This document shows, in pieces, positions 30,733 to 41,818 of a DNA stretch of 64,000 nucleotides. The notes beneath the pieces are model-generated. The model saw nothing but the letters and a program-made list of their open reading frames with translations, was not told the DNA's origin and did not search any database. Position numbers and translations under genes: made by a program. How positions within the stretch are numbered: position 1 is the first letter of the stretch; every line of letters begins with the position of its first letter. Source of the stretch: Cenarchaeum sp. (GTDB lineage: Archaea; Thermoproteota; Nitrososphaeria; Nitrososphaerales; Nitrosopumilaceae); contig OZ242221.1 in the NCBI GenBank assembly GCA_965206845.1, positions 448,001 to 512,000 of the forward strand. The letters are read 5' to 3'.

Positions 30733-31571
30733 CGCCGGACGTCACCGTCCTTTACGATTCCATCCGGTGGGAAGAAAAGTCCCTGCTGGAGGCAGGAAAG
30801 AGAAAGGGATTAAACATACAGATGATCGACTGCAGGAAGCTGGCCCTGCGGCTGGAGGACGATGTCCCCGGATACGGCACCGTCCTGCAGAGGTGCGTAA
30901 GCTACTACAGGAACGTGCACTCGACTGCGGCGCTGGAGGGCATGGGGGCCAGGGTGGTCAACTCCCTGGAGACGGGCATACTTGCGGGAAACAAGCTCTA
31001 CACGCATATGCTCCTGCAGAGGCACGGCGTGCCGACGCCGCATGCCACCATCGCGTTCTCAAAGGAGGCCGCCCTGGAGGCCATGGACCGCCGGGGCTAC
31101 CCCGCGATAATCAAGCCCACGGTCGGCAGCTGGGGCCGCATGATATCCAAGCTAAACGACAGGGACGCTGCCGACGGGATACTGGAGTACCGCGAGGCCA
31201 TGTACCCGATATACCAGGTCCATTATCTCGAGGAGTTCATCAAGAGGCCGCCCCGGGACATCAGGGCGATCGTGGTGGGGGACAGGGTGGTCGCCGCCAT
31301 ATACAGGGCATCAGGCAACTGGAAGACCAACATGGCGCTGGGCGGAACCGCCAGCCCGTGCCCCGTCACCGGGGAGATGGAGGACATGTGCATCAACGCA
31401 AGAAAGGCAGTCAGGGGCCAGATAGTCGGAGTCGACCTCATGGAGAGCGACGAGCGGGGGCTTGTGGTCCACGAGGTGAACAACACCACCGAGTTCAAGA
31501 ACACCGTGCGGGTGTGCGGGGTGGACGTCCCGTCCCTGATGCTGGACTACCTGCTGGGGGAGGCGGCATAG
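30729..31571 (+). CDS. lysX: Aminoadipate-LysW ligase (RimK/ATP-grasp)
   Basis: [44 protein letters not shown]. Confidence 0.93.
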   Translation: MTPDVTVLYDSIRWEEKSLLEAGKRKGLNIQMIDCRKLALRLEDDVPGYGTVLQRCVSYYRNVHSTAALEGMGARVVNSLETGILAGNKLYTHMLLQRHGVPTPHATIAFSKEAALEAMDRRGYPAIIKPTVGSWGRMISKLNDRDAADGILEYREAMYPIYQVHYLEEFIKRPPRDIRAIVVGDRVVAAIYRASGNWKTNMALGGTASPCPVTGEMEDMCINARKAVRGQIVGVDLMESDERGLVVHEVNNTTEFKNTVRVCGVDVPSLMLDYLLGEAA

Positions 31572-31574
31572 GGG

Positions 31575-32702
31575 ATGGACGGCTTTGCCACCACGCCCCG
31601 GTTTGCGATAAAGATGCTTGAGAAGGCGCTCAGGCTGTACACGCCTTCCATGGAGGAGAAGGCCATGGCCGAGTTCCTGGCGGACCGGTGCGACGACCTG
31701 GGGTTTGCCAACATCCGCATAGACGAGGTCGGAAACCTGGTTGCCGTGAAGGGATCCGGATCGCCCAGGACACTCCTGTGCGGCCACATGGACACGGTGC
31801 CCGGCAAGATCAGGGTCCGGAGGGATGGCGACATGCTGTACGGCCGCGGCGCCTCTGATGCCAAGGCCCCGCTGATGGCGATGCTATTTGCGGCAGCGGC
31901 CATCCCGGAGAACAGCGGCACGGTGACGTTTGTGGGAGCGGTGGACGAGGAGGGAAACGCCACCGGCATCAAGAACCTGGTCAACGAGGGCCTGGACATA
32001 GACTATGCCGTGTTCGGGGAGCCCAGCGGTCTGGACAAGGTCACGGTGGCATACAAGGGAAGGCTGGCCATCAACCTGCGGGTCAACGTGGGCGACAGCG
32101 CGCATGCCAGCGCGCCATGGCTTGCCAAGAACGCCATCGAGGAGGCCGTCACGTTCACCTCAAGGCTGAAGGAGAGGATGTGCGCCGGGCAGGAGGGCAA
32201 GAGGCGCACTATGATGCTGACGTCTGCGCTGACCGAGATCAAGGGCGGCTCAAGCCACAACGTCACCCCCCGGGAGTGCGAGGCCACCATGGACATACGG
32301 ATACCCGTGGGCGCCAGCTGCAACGCCGTGGAGGAGATGGTTGCAGACACGGTGCGCACGGTGGCCTCAGAGAGGCAGGTGGAGGTCTTTCACTCCATCA
32401 TAGACGAGACGGAGCCCTTTGAGGCGCCCCTCAGCTCGCCGCTGGTTCGGGCCCTGGGGCTGGGCATCAGGGACGTGGAGAGCAAGCCCCCCACGCTGAT
32501 CCGCAAGACCGGTACCGGGGACATGAATGTGATCGGCAACCAGATGAACGTGCCCGTGGTGACCTACGGCCCGGGGGACCCCCACATGGCGCACACCATA
32601 GACGAGAGGGTGTCCGTAAACGAGTACCTCCGGGGAATCGAGGTCCTCAAGAGGATGATGCACCATCTGAAGCGCCTCCACCACAGGAGGGCGCGCTCCT
32701 AG
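31575..32702 (+). CDS. lysK: [LysW]-lysine/ornithine hydrolase (M20)
   Basis: [40 protein letters not shown]. Confidence 0.92.
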   Translation: MDGFATTPRFAIKMLEKALRLYTPSMEEKAMAEFLADRCDDLGFANIRIDEVGNLVAVKGSGSPRTLLCGHMDTVPGKIRVRRDGDMLYGRGASDAKAPLMAMLFAAAAIPENSGTVTFVGAVDEEGNATGIKNLVNEGLDIDYAVFGEPSGLDKVTVAYKGRLAINLRVNVGDSAHASAPWLAKNAIEEAVTFTSRLKERMCAGQEGKRRTMMLTSALTEIKGGSSHNVTPRECEATMDIRIPVGASCNAVEEMVADTVRTVASERQVEVFHSIIDETEPFEAPLSSPLVRALGLGIRDVESKPPTLIRKTGTGDMNVIGNQMNVPVVTYGPGDPHMAHTIDERVSVNEYLRGIEVLKRMMHHLKRLHHRRARS

Positions 32703-33739
32703 TGCTCTGGTTTGTCGGGCTGGGAGTCTCCGGCCGCATATCGACAGATGTTGCAGACGTCCTTGGATCATCAGACCACGTCTACCTGGAGCAGTTCACA
32801 AGCCCCGTGGGAGAGCACACGGTATCGGCCATACAGGAGATCACAAAGGGGAGACTCTCTGTGGCAAAGAGGTGGCAGGTGGAGGACGGTTCCGAGATAC
32901 TAAAGAACGCAAAAGACGGCAGGGTGGCCCTGGTCTCGTACGGGGATCCGATGATCGCCACCACGCACGCGGAGCTGATGACCCGGGCGGTATCTGAGGG
33001 CATAAGAACGCACATGATCCACGGGGCATCGGCCGTGACCGCCACGGTCGGCGAGTGCGGCATGCACTACTACAAGGTGGGACGGGTCGCCACAATAATG
33101 AACGACGCCAAGTCCGTGGGCACCCCCTACTACGTGATACACAGGAACCTGGTCGAGGGCAACCACACCGTGCTGCTCCTGGAGTACAACCACGAGGAGG
33201 GCTTCTTCCTGGGCCCCGGCGACGCGCTGGCGCTCCTTGTCGGGGAGGAAGCGGAGCAGAGGAGAAACGTCATCAGGCCCGACACGTTTGCGGTGGTGGC
33301 CTCCAGGGTGGGCACGCCGGAGGCGGCCATAACCGGGGGGCAGATCTCGCACCTTGCGGAAAGGGACTTTGGTGGGCCGCCCCACAGCATCATAATCCCC
33401 GGCAGGATGCACTTTACGGAGTCTGACGCGCTCCGGGCGGTGGCGGACTGCATCGACGAGCCCCTGGACAACTCCAGGAGTGCAGAGAAGGTATCCGTCC
33501 AGATGATCAAAAAGTACGCCCCCATGATAAGAAAGGCCATCTCAGACGCAGAGCCGTACCGCGCCTCTGCCGGGGCCGCACTCGTGCTGGAGAACGCAGA
33601 GTGCTACATGCAGGACGCCATGCGGTTTTTGGAGCAGGGCAAGGACGACCTGGCGGTCCTGAGCATCGGGTACGCCGACGGGCTGCTGGACGCCCTGCGG
33701 ATGGTCCGGGACGCAGAATCGGAGGGCGGCGCCGCATGA
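32702..33739 (+). CDS. dph5: Diphthine synthase with a C-terminal DUF357-like domain
   Basis: MLWFVGLG, YLEQFTS, GDPMIATTH, HTVLLL. C-terminal ENAECY..DA.RFL..G..LA..SIGYADGLLDALR. Confidence 0.88.
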   Translation: MLWFVGLGVSGRISTDVADVLGSSDHVYLEQFTSPVGEHTVSAIQEITKGRLSVAKRWQVEDGSEILKNAKDGRVALVSYGDPMIATTHAELMTRAVSEGIRTHMIHGASAVTATVGECGMHYYKVGRVATIMNDAKSVGTPYYVIHRNLVEGNHTVLLLEYNHEEGFFLGPGDALALLVGEEAEQRRNVIRPDTFAVVASRVGTPEAAITGGQISHLAERDFGGPPHSIIIPGRMHFTESDALRAVADCIDEPLDNSRSAEKVSVQMIKKYAPMIRKAISDAEPYRASAGAALVLENAECYMQDAMRFLEQGKDDLAVLSIGYADGLLDALRMVRDAESEGGAA

Positions 33740-33755
33740 CGGGCGGGGTGGGGCG

Positions 33756-34370
33756 TTGAACGTCATAGACAATGCCGTCCTGACTGCCATGTTCGTCTCG
33801 CAGTTTGACGGCAGCGATCCGGTGGCTGCGGTAAGGGCCCGGTGCCGCCTGGACGAGGAGTACGTCAGGGACCGCATAGGCGGCCTCATCTCCAACGGGC
33901 TGGCGGACTCTGACACTGCGCTCAGCGAGCTCGGAAGGAGCTCGCTGCGGGTGGTCCTCGCAGGCGGCGTGTTTGACATAATCCACCCGGGGCACATACA
34001 CACATTGAGGGCGGCAAGAAACCTCGGCGACGTGCTCGTGGTGGTGGTGGCCACATCAGGCACCGCCAAGAAGATGAAGAAGCGGATGCCCCTGCACAGC
34101 CAGGACCAGAGAAGGGACCTGGTGGGGGCGCTCTCGACTGTGGACCTGTGCCTGGTGGGAGAGGAGGGCGACATCTTTCGGACGGTGGAACGCGTAAGGC
34201 CCGAGGTCATCGCCCTGGGGTATGACCAGATCCACCAGGAAAAGTTCATCACCGACGGGTGCCGGAGGATCGGCCTTGACGTCAAGGTCGCAAGGCTGCA
34301 GTCGCCGGTGCCGGAGATCTCAAGCTCCAGGATAGAGCAGGAGTACGGCGACTCGATACACGGCATCTGA
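33756..34370 (+). CDS. ribL: Archaeal FAD synthase (cytidylyltransferase family)
   Basis: GGVFDIIHPGH, ALGYDQ, SSSRI; adjacent to ribK. Confidence 0.8.
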   Translation: MNVIDNAVLTAMFVSQFDGSDPVAAVRARCRLDEEYVRDRIGGLISNGLADSDTALSELGRSSLRVVLAGGVFDIIHPGHIHTLRAARNLGDVLVVVVATSGTAKKMKKRMPLHSQDQRRDLVGALSTVDLCLVGEEGDIFRTVERVRPEVIALGYDQIHQEKFITDGCRRIGLDVKVARLQSPVPEISSSRIEQEYGDSIHGI

Positions 34371-34381
34371 CGGCCACGCTA

Positions 34382-35062
34382 TCAGCCTACCTGCACGGAG
34401 ATGGTGACCTCGGAGCCGTCCTTGAGTCCTGTTGCCTCCCGGATGCTCTCCCTTGCGATGATCTCGACGATGGACGGCTCGTGGTGCGTCCTCTCCAGGC
34501 GGATGAGGTGGCACGGTATCGTGCCGTTGACGGTTCCCGGAAAGCACTTTACCCACCCGTAGGCCCTCACCCCGTCATGGAACCCGTCGATCATGATGCC
34601 GTCCAGGGCGTCAAACTGCCGGCTTGACTCGACAAACTCCCTCTCCTCCAGCCTCACGTTGAGCGTTCCCGGAAACGGGACGTAGCCGATCCTCTTTACG
34701 AACTGCCTGGAGTACCCCTTGAGCGACATATAGTAGGCTCCCTCGCTCATGCCTGAGACCAGCAGGCCCTGGAGCTCGATCCTGGAGGGCGAGGCCGCCA
34801 GACTCGCCTGCAGCGTGCCCGATATCTTGAGCAGCTGCGAGTACCCCTCGGGCGTGATCCTGACCGAGATGCCCCTGCCGCTCTTTATGCGCTGGATAAA
34901 GCCGTATTTCTCAAGATCCACTAGGTGCTTTGATGCGGACTGCTGGGACCTGCCGACGTTCCTTCCGAGGGACGAGGTGGTGACCGGAACAAAGTTGTGC
35001 TCTGCCCCTTGGGAAAGAAGAAAAGAAAGGGTTAGGAGGTGTTGGATCTTTAAGCTTGTCAA
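34382..35062 (-). CDS. ribK: CTP-dependent riboflavin kinase with N-terminal winged HTH
   Basis: SQQSASKHL HTH, SGMSEGAYY, PFPGTLN, ERTHH..IVEII. Confidence 0.9.
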   Translation of the reverse strand: MTSLKIQHLLTLSFLLSQGAEHNFVPVTTSSLGRNVGRSQQSASKHLVDLEKYGFIQRIKSGRGISVRITPEGYSQLLKISGTLQASLAASPSRIELQGLLVSGMSEGAYYMSLKGYSRQFVKRIGYVPFPGTLNVRLEEREFVESSRQFDALDGIMIDGFHDGVRAYGWVKCFPGTVNGTIPCHLIRLERTHHEPSIVEIIARESIREATGLKDGSEVTISVQVG

Positions 35063-35068
35063 GATACA

Positions 35069-36211
35069 CTATACAATACCGAGATCCGCGAATGTCTTCA
35101 GGTTGATGCCGCCCTTGTTTGAGAGCCTTGAGAGCCGGTGTCCCACCAGGTACTCGACCCCGGTCTTCTTGGCGCTCTCCAGGAGTCTTGGCGTTATGAT
35201 GCCGTCCAGTACCAGGTACTTGATGCCCGACTGTCCGGCCATCTTGTTCACAAGCTCGCTGATCGGCACCCTGAAGATCTCGGCCTGCTTGTCGTCTAGC
35301 GCGACTGCTTCCAGGGTCTCGTTGAGGTCAGGATATATCTTCCCGATTGCGTCTGCAAGCGGCTTGTCCTTCTTGTTCTTCAACGACGGGGGCTTGCTGC
35401 CTTCCTTGATCTCCTTTGCCACCGGTTCCAGAATCTCTGAGATTCTCTGCGGTGTGAGCTCCTCGACCTCGATTCCCGGATCCGCCCGCAGCTCATAGTC
35501 TATGGGCACCATGGATTTCAGCTCCCGAAGGATGAACCCGCCGGACCTGTCGCCGTCTAGAAACGCAACCACGGTCGCCTTGGCCGAGCATATCTCCTTT
35601 ATGGACTCGTCGATTCGCGCCCCCTCGATTGCAAGCGTGTTGTCGTAGCCTGCCCGAAGGAGGTTGATCACGTCGGCCCTTCCCTCGACCAGAATTATCC
35701 AGTCCGAGGTCTTGATGCCGGATCCGCAGGACAGCTTTGATGGCCCGTACGAGTCGATCTTGCCCGTGCGTCCCTCGTGGACATCCTTGAGTACCGTGTC
35801 GCCTTCGCTGACTGCCCGGGTCTTCCACTGCTGCTTGATCTCCTTTGCTCGCTTTGCGATCTCGTCCTTCTTCTTTGCCCTTATGTCATCGATGGTCTCC
35901 ATCTTGAACTTGCAGTTAAAGGGCCCGACCTTGTCGATGCTCTCTATGGACGCCGCTATCAGCGAACAGGTGTCGATGTTGGTACTCATGGGAATGAGTA
36001 TGTCGCCTGAGGTGGTGCTCGCCGTGGTAGAGAGGATGACCTCTATTCTGCCAACTTTGGAGACGCGCTGCAGCTCGTTTAGGTCATTCTCCGGCCCGAA
36101 GAGTCCCTCGGTCTGGCCGAATATGGCACCTATCATGTCGTTCCGTTCTACTAGACCATCGACTTCAAAGGATAGCTTAACGTGATACTTGACAATTCCC
36201 GATTGAGGCAT
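35069..36211 (-). CDS. dnaG: Archaeal DnaG (TOPRIM; exosome-associated)
   Basis: GAIFGQTEGL, VGRIEV, VEGRADVINLL, FLDGDRSG, DGIITPRL. Confidence 0.95.
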   Translation of the reverse strand: MPQSGIVKYHVKLSFEVDGLVERNDMIGAIFGQTEGLFGPENDLNELQRVSKVGRIEVILSTTASTTSGDILIPMSTNIDTCSLIAASIESIDKVGPFNCKFKMETIDDIRAKKKDEIAKRAKEIKQQWKTRAVSEGDTVLKDVHEGRTGKIDSYGPSKLSCGSGIKTSDWIILVEGRADVINLLRAGYDNTLAIEGARIDESIKEICSAKATVVAFLDGDRSGGFILRELKSMVPIDYELRADPGIEVEELTPQRISEILEPVAKEIKEGSKPPSLKNKKDKPLADAIGKIYPDLNETLEAVALDDKQAEIFRVPISELVNKMAGQSGIKYLVLDGIITPRLLESAKKTGVEYLVGHRLSRLSNKGGINLKTFADLGIV

Positions 36212-36796
36212 AATTTATTCATCTCTATTAACGGCAAGAATCTCCCCTATAAATTACATGAGATGTGTAGAATGCGCTCCTTTGGTAAGCGCTCACGTCC
36301 ATTCTCGATCTGTGCCCATAGGCATGTATGGGCGGGTGACAGCTGGGCGTGGATTAAGGGTGGACGTAAATGCTCGTCACGAGTAAATGCCGCTCCGAAC
36401 CGAGGTTGCCCATGATTTCCATAAACCAATTGCATAACTGCCAAAAAAACTGCTGGTCGGTTCTTCTTTAAACTGCTTTTAGCGGTGATGTTGTCCCTCC
36501 GGAACGTGGATCTTCACGGTTGTGCCCAAAACGAGGCGGGTCTGTACGGATCTGAATGTTTATGCGCAGATCCCCCTGCGCTCCTTCGGGAAAGAAGGCA
36601 GACGCCTGTTGCGCCTCCATGTGGCGGAGTAGCGGGCCGTGGCCGGTTCCTTGGCTTCTTACCGACGGCGTTGCAGCAGGGCCTGCAGGTCAGGCTCTTC
36701 GTCAGGGGAGAGCGATCGCCATGGACCGGCGGGTTTGTAGTCGACACAGAACGGCAACTAACGCCCCATCGCCCGCACCTTACGAGGAATCCGACA

Positions 36797-37864
36797 TCAT
36801 GGCTTTTTTTCATCATCGACAGGCCGGCCACCGTGTTGCTCTTCATCGCGTAGTCTGGAGAGAATCTCGCGCATTTTCTCCTCCAAGACACCCACCCTTC
36901 GACGCATCTCCGCCTCCTCTCTCTCAATACAGCGTCGTGCATCCCTATCCCCCTTCTCTAACCTACGTATATTCTCCATGTTCCTTGCGCGGTCGTTCAC
37001 CAGCAGGGACGGCTCGAACTTCAAGTATTCATCCAGCTTCTCCTCATCTGTCAGCCTGTCGTATTGCAGGGGATACCCCTTCTGCCCGGCAAAGTATTTT
37101 GCCAAATTGGGGTCGTGTCCGGATACCTGCGTTATGAAGAACGCCCGAAACGAGCGTGTGGTGACCACATTGCGCCCGTTTGTTCCGTACTTGTCATTAA
37201 TCCCCATCTTTTTTAGCAGCCTCCTGAGATATGCCGCCTCCCCAGCAGCCCCTATTCGGGCGTCCTGGTGGGTGCCAAAAACTAGGTCGGAGCCACCTAT
37301 CTCCTTCAACCTAGGCACGATCAGTCCGGCGGCCTCTGTGCTAAAGAACGTGGTCCTGACCTGTTTCTTTTTCGTGAACGCCGCAGGAATCCTTACCATC
37401 AGTCTTTCCATACCAGTGTGGATGTCCTTCTTCTTGAGCCGTATTATCTCGCCTATCCTCATCCCGCTTGAAGACTGCGCCAGGTACAGCATCCTTCTTT
37501 TGTAGCTACACCATTCCAATATCTGCTGGAATGTGGCGATCTCCAGCGGGTGCAGCTCCTCTTCGCGCTTTGTTGGAAAGTCCAGGTTGCGCTTAGTGTC
37601 CAGCGGGTGCATCTCCACCCCGCGGTAGCGCATGTATTTCCGTATCATGATAAAATATGTCTTTATGGTGGATGGGTCTTTTTTGTCCTCTTTCATGCGG
37701 TTTATCCACTGTTGTAGGTAGTCGTAGACTTGATCCTTGCCCGGCCTGCCATCTATGAATTTCTCAAGATCTGTAAAGCTCCTGTAGGCAATCATAAACA
37801 CAGTCTGGGTCGATGAGGAATTGACTTTGATGCGCTTGCGGTATGTCGACAGGCTTCTTTCCAT
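36797..37864 (-). CDS. Tyrosine recombinase/integrase
   Basis: SSGMRIGE (catalytic R), TKKK, TTRSFRAFF (HxxR position), GQKGY.LQYDR (catalytic Y). Start placed at ATG 37864. Confidence 0.85.
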   Translation of the reverse strand: MERSLSTYRKRIKVNSSSTQTVFMIAYRSFTDLEKFIDGRPGKDQVYDYLQQWINRMKEDKKDPSTIKTYFIMIRKYMRYRGVEMHPLDTKRNLDFPTKREEELHPLEIATFQQILEWCSYKRRMLYLAQSSSGMRIGEIIRLKKKDIHTGMERLMVRIPAAFTKKKQVRTTFFSTEAAGLIVPRLKEIGGSDLVFGTHQDARIGAAGEAAYLRRLLKKMGINDKYGTNGRNVVTTRSFRAFFITQVSGHDPNLAKYFAGQKGYPLQYDRLTDEEKLDEYLKFEPSLLVNDRARNMENIRRLEKGDRDARRCIEREEAEMRRRVGVLEEKMREILSRLRDEEQHGGRPVDDEKKP

Positions 37865-38470
37865 GCATTTAATGTGCGGCAGTAGTATATTACGACCGTG
37901 ATTTTGTTCTCTTAAAACACATAAACTTGTCTGATCGTCAATCCGGCCTGGCCCGTCAGATCCCCGTGGCACTGCCGTGCCTGGCAGAACGGGCGCACCG
38001 CAAGCAGGACTGTGCCTGTGGGCCTCTGGCATCCGTGCCACTTCGGCGCTGAGATGTGATTCGTAATTAGCACGCAGGCACATCAGCGCACGATCTTTGG
38101 CATAATCATACGAAAGTTGCATGCTTTGGAGCGCACATCTGTAAGATTATGGGCATCGAAGGCCCGATTCTTAATTGCGGATCATGTCTCTGCTCGAGTC
38201 GCCCATGCCTGGTTTGCAGGCAGCACGCGCCTCTTGGATCGCGTGATCCGGGAGGTTTCAGATGGAATGGTGCCCGACTCCCCGCCCTGGCAGGCCGGCA
38301 CGCCGGGGTTTGAGAGGGTATGCCGTTGCATGGCATCCGGGGCCGCGTCATTTTCACCCGGGCAGGAGGATTCACGCCAGGGATATCTCACGCCCGGTCC
38401 GATGTGGCGAGCGAGATGGTGCCGCATGACTGTTAAAAAATCAGAGTGAAAAAGGAGAGATGAGGTTGGA

Positions 38471-38821
38471 CTATTCGGTACTAAACGAGTGGCCGCACGA
38501 GCATGACTTTGTCACGTTCGGGTTGTTTATCTTGAATCCGGAGCCCATCAGGCTCTCAATGTAGTCGACGTTTGCGCCCCCAAGTGAGTCCTTGCTGTAG
38601 CTGTCCACCAGCAGTTTGATGCCTTCTTGCTCAATGACTATGTCGTCCTCGTCTGGCTGCTTCTCAAATCCCATCCCGTAGGAGAGACCGGAACAACCGC
38701 CGCCCTGAACATAGACCCGCAGATACTGCGATTTTTCGGCTTCTTCTGCCATAAACTCCCTGATCTTTTCTGCCGCCTTTGGGGTTACAGTGATCAGTCT
38801 CTGAGTTTGTTCTGTTGCCAT
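38471..38821 (-). CDS. erpA: A-type Fe-S cluster carrier (HesB/IscA/ErpA)
   Basis: GGGCSGLSY and NPNVTKSCSCGHSF. Confidence 0.92.
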   Translation of the reverse strand: MATEQTQRLITVTPKAAEKIREFMAEEAEKSQYLRVYVQGGGCSGLSYGMGFEKQPDEDDIVIEQEGIKLLVDSYSKDSLGGANVDYIESLMGSGFKINNPNVTKSCSCGHSFSTE

Positions 38822-38866
38822 GTGTGGAGATCCAGGTGCAAATTATAATAATCTTTGCTCTGGTGG

Positions 38867-40095
38867 GGCTGTGTCCTAGAGACATAACCCCACAATCATC
38901 CGCCGTCGTCGCGTCGGTACGGGTATTCTTCGAATTCTTGGGATTGCGGTATTTTTCCCACATCTCCGGCTTCAAACGCTGTCCGAAACCGTAAAATCCC
39001 ATCCGATCCAAGGGATGGTGCGCAGGCTCCCCTACGGGCGGCGCGGGTGTCTCCGCGCCGGTTATGCAGCCATTGCAGTGAGCGACTCGTGCGTGAGCCT
39101 GCCGCTTTTTACGTGCGATCGCGCGACTACCTCTATGTTGTAACAAATGATCCGGATTGCAACCTCTCGGTTCTGCCGGACGAGCCTCCTGCCCCGGAGG
39201 TGGTTCCCGTACATCTTCTTGATTGCCCCAAAGACGGCTTCGATTATGCTGCGCTGGTGGTACTCTGCCATGAACCTGTCAAGGTCGTCCCTGTGGGTCC
39301 GGGTCATCTCGCCCCAGGCCTGGCTGCCGCCGTTCTTGCAGGTAGTGTTGGATTTGGGCAGGATGCGGGGCGTCATGCCCATGCCGGCTATCGCGTCGCA
39401 TATCAGTCTGGCCAGGTAGGCCGAGTCCAGGCAAAAGTTGCCGTTCCCGTCCGCAAGCCGGTCCAACATGGGCCACATGCCGGTGATGTCGGAGGTGTAT
39501 CCGTCGGTGACGTGATAGTCCAGGATGGCTCTGGTCGCGATATCGATGATGCTGTGAAGCTTGATCCACCCGCGCTTGGTCTTGGCCTGGCTGTGGCGGA
39601 TGCTGAACCAGCGGACGAACCGGTTGCCTGAGTAGCCGGTGCTGTCCCCGGCCAGCGAACCGGCCACGATGTCGCCTGTGATCCTCAGGTGAACCTCGCG
39701 CAGGTACGACTCGGGGATCAGGCCGTAGGCGCGCCATATGGTGCTCTTGGAGGGTATCCCGGACAGTCCGATCCTGCTGACAAGATCCGGGTGCATTCTG
39801 AGGCAGCCCACCGTCTTCCTGTAGGTCTTCATCTCTGCCTCCATCATGATGCAGACAACGGCCATGGCCTTTGGCGGATAGGCGGTCATGCCGCCCAGTC
39901 CAGGTCTGGCTTGGTAGGGGTCACCCATCTCCTTGACGGTGTTCAATATGGTGCTCAGTATCAGGCCCGGCAGGTACTGCTGGACAATATTGAATGGTCG
40001 CTGATCGCGTCTTCCATCTGTCATTGGCGGGGCCGCGATCCGCCGATCAATATACCCTGCTATTTAGAGATGATCTATATCTGTAGGACACAGCC
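38867..40095 (-). mobile_element. Complete IS5-family element; transposase ORF 39062-40024 (320 aa)
   Basis: TIR GGCTGTGTCCTA(G/C)AGA and a perfect 9-bp TSD CTCTGGTGG (38858-38866 and 40096-40104). DDE motifs GDSTG, KLHSII, LDSAY, RSIIEAVF. Confidence 0.95.
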
Positions 40096-40188
40096 CTCTG
40101 GTGGGATCCGATCCGGCAGGACTCTGCACCGCGCAGAATGGCTGCCTTTGGACGCATCTTAAATTGCCGGCATGCGTAATGCCGGCAG

Positions 40189-40371
40189 TTGGACCGGAGA
40201 CTGATGATCGGGCTGGGCATACTGGCGCTGGGGGTCGCCTGGACCGTGTACGGGGCTGTGCAGTTCGATAGGACAAGCGGCATCTTTACGGACAACACCG
40301 TCGGGCTTGGCATAGTGACCATTGTGATGGCTGCCTTCATTCTGGGCAAGGCAGCTCTCAAGAAAAAATAG
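40189..40371 (+). CDS. Small 2-TM membrane protein
   Basis: Two hydrophobic helices and a basic C-terminus; TTAAAT ~28 bp upstream. Confidence 0.6.
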   Translation: MDRRLMIGLGILALGVAWTVYGAVQFDRTSGIFTDNTVGLGIVTIVMAAFILGKAALKKK

Positions 40372-40544
40372 CAGGCCTACCGGCGCCACACAGATATCCC
40401 GGGTCAGGGGCGGACACATCAGAACCGTCTTCGGGTGCAAGGATTTCCCCGGTCGGCGTCAGATCCTGTGGCTTTCTGAAGGCATACGCCATGGCGCAGC
40501 GCATCAAGATACGTGCAGGGAAAATAAAGAAGAGTGGCAACAGG

Positions 40545-41303
40545 CTACTTTGACCTGTTTACAAAGGCCTTCATGCGCTGTTCCCGATCGGGATGGGTGA
40601 AGCAGTTTCTCCAGGACAGGAGCTCTATTGACAGGCCCGTCTCCAGGTCTGCGTTTCTGCCGTGGTTGATTGCCAGCTTTGACATCTGTACCCCCATGGA
40701 CGAGTTGCGCGCGATGCTGTGGGCCATCTTCAGTGCCGTCTCCTGCAGGGACGCTAGGGGCACCACGTGGTTGACGAGTCCGATCTCCCGGGCCTCGTCT
40801 GCTGCGATCTTTTTGCCCGTGTACACCAGCTCCTTTGCCTTTGCTATACCCACGATCCTCATCAGCCTCTGCGTTCCGCCCCATCCGGGCGGGATGCCGA
40901 TGGTGACCTCGGGCTGGCCCAGCTTTGCCGTGTCTGCCGCTATTCTGATGTCGCAGGACATTGCGACCTCGCAGCCGCCGCCCAGTGCAAACCCGTTCAC
41001 GGCGGCAATCGTCGGCTGCCTTACGGACTCGATTGCGGCGGTAACCCGCTGGCCAAGCCTTGCGTACTCGACTGACTCGTCGGCGGTAATCTCGGACATG
41101 TACGCGATGTCTGCGCCGGCAGAGAACGCCCTTTCGCCTGCGCCTGTCAGTATGATGACCTTGATGTTGTCGTCCCGGCCAATCCTCTCAAAGGTGTCTA
41201 TCAGCTCTAGGGCCACCTCGGTGTTCATTGCGTTGAGCTTGTCCGGACGGTTTATCGTGACTGTGCAGATGCCGTCGGCCTCCGATGTTGTGACTACTGT
41301 CAT
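40545..41303 (-). CDS. Crotonase: 3-hydroxypropionyl-CoA dehydratase/crotonyl-CoA hydratase of the 3HP/4HB cycle
   Basis: [35 protein letters not shown]. Neighbours the ADP-forming CoA ligase, like Nmar_1308/1309 in Nitrosopumilus maritimus. Confidence 0.85.
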   Translation of the reverse strand: MTVVTTSEADGICTVTINRPDKLNAMNTEVALELIDTFERIGRDDNIKVIILTGAGERAFSAGADIAYMSEITADESVEYARLGQRVTAAIESVRQPTIAAVNGFALGGGCEVAMSCDIRIAADTAKLGQPEVTIGIPPGWGGTQRLMRIVGIAKAKELVYTGKKIAADEAREIGLVNHVVPLASLQETALKMAHSIARNSSMGVQMSKLAINHGRNADLETGLSIELLSWRNCFTHPDREQRMKAFVNRSK

Positions 41304-41356
41304 GAACTAGCCGGAATGTGGCCGACTTAAAGGTGTAACGAAGGGAAATTATATAG

Positions 41357-41818
41357 TTAAGTGAACTGCCGCCGCGGGGCCGGTAAGTTCCGGTGACCTG
41401 CCCAGGGTGGCGGAGTAACCTGGGAATGGATAAGAGAGGAGATCAGGCGGAGCCTTGGCCGCCTTAATGAGGGTCTTCCACTGTTGGCGTCCTCGGCCTC
41501 GATACCGGCGACCTGGGCCAAGGTGGTGTTGTCAGGCAGCCCAAGGTGTGGCCTGACAAAGTTGTGGTAGAGACGTAGCCTGGAGAGGATCGCCGAGTCG
41601 TCTTTCTTGAGGCTGCAGGTGACCTTCTCGCGCTGCCGCAGTGTGTTGCCGTTGAAGGACTCCATCTGGTTGTTGTTCATGGCGCCCGCCGTGTGGATGT
41701 GCCGCTCATACGTAGACTACTTGTGAAGGAAATTCGTGGCCTTGTGCTGCTTGTGGGCGCGCCTGAAGTTGAGTGTCCCATTTGATACCAGCGTCTCCAA
41801 CATGATCTAGGTCACGTC
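41357..41818 (-). pseudogene. IS6/IS240-like DDE transposase, C-terminal remnant
   Basis: TLVSNG (for xxSDG), in-frame stops, HIH.AG.MNNNQMESFNGNTLRQREK, YHNFVRPHLGL..T.AQ.AGI. Confidence 0.75.

Noticed and set aside
32702-33739. Dph5-DUF357 fusion as a novelty
   Set aside because: As far as I recall this architecture is common in Nitrososphaerota, so it is listed only as a feature.
36514-36790. Possible IS66 N-terminal remnant (NPP...KKPR...HGGATG)
   Set aside because: The similarity is too weak to support by eye.
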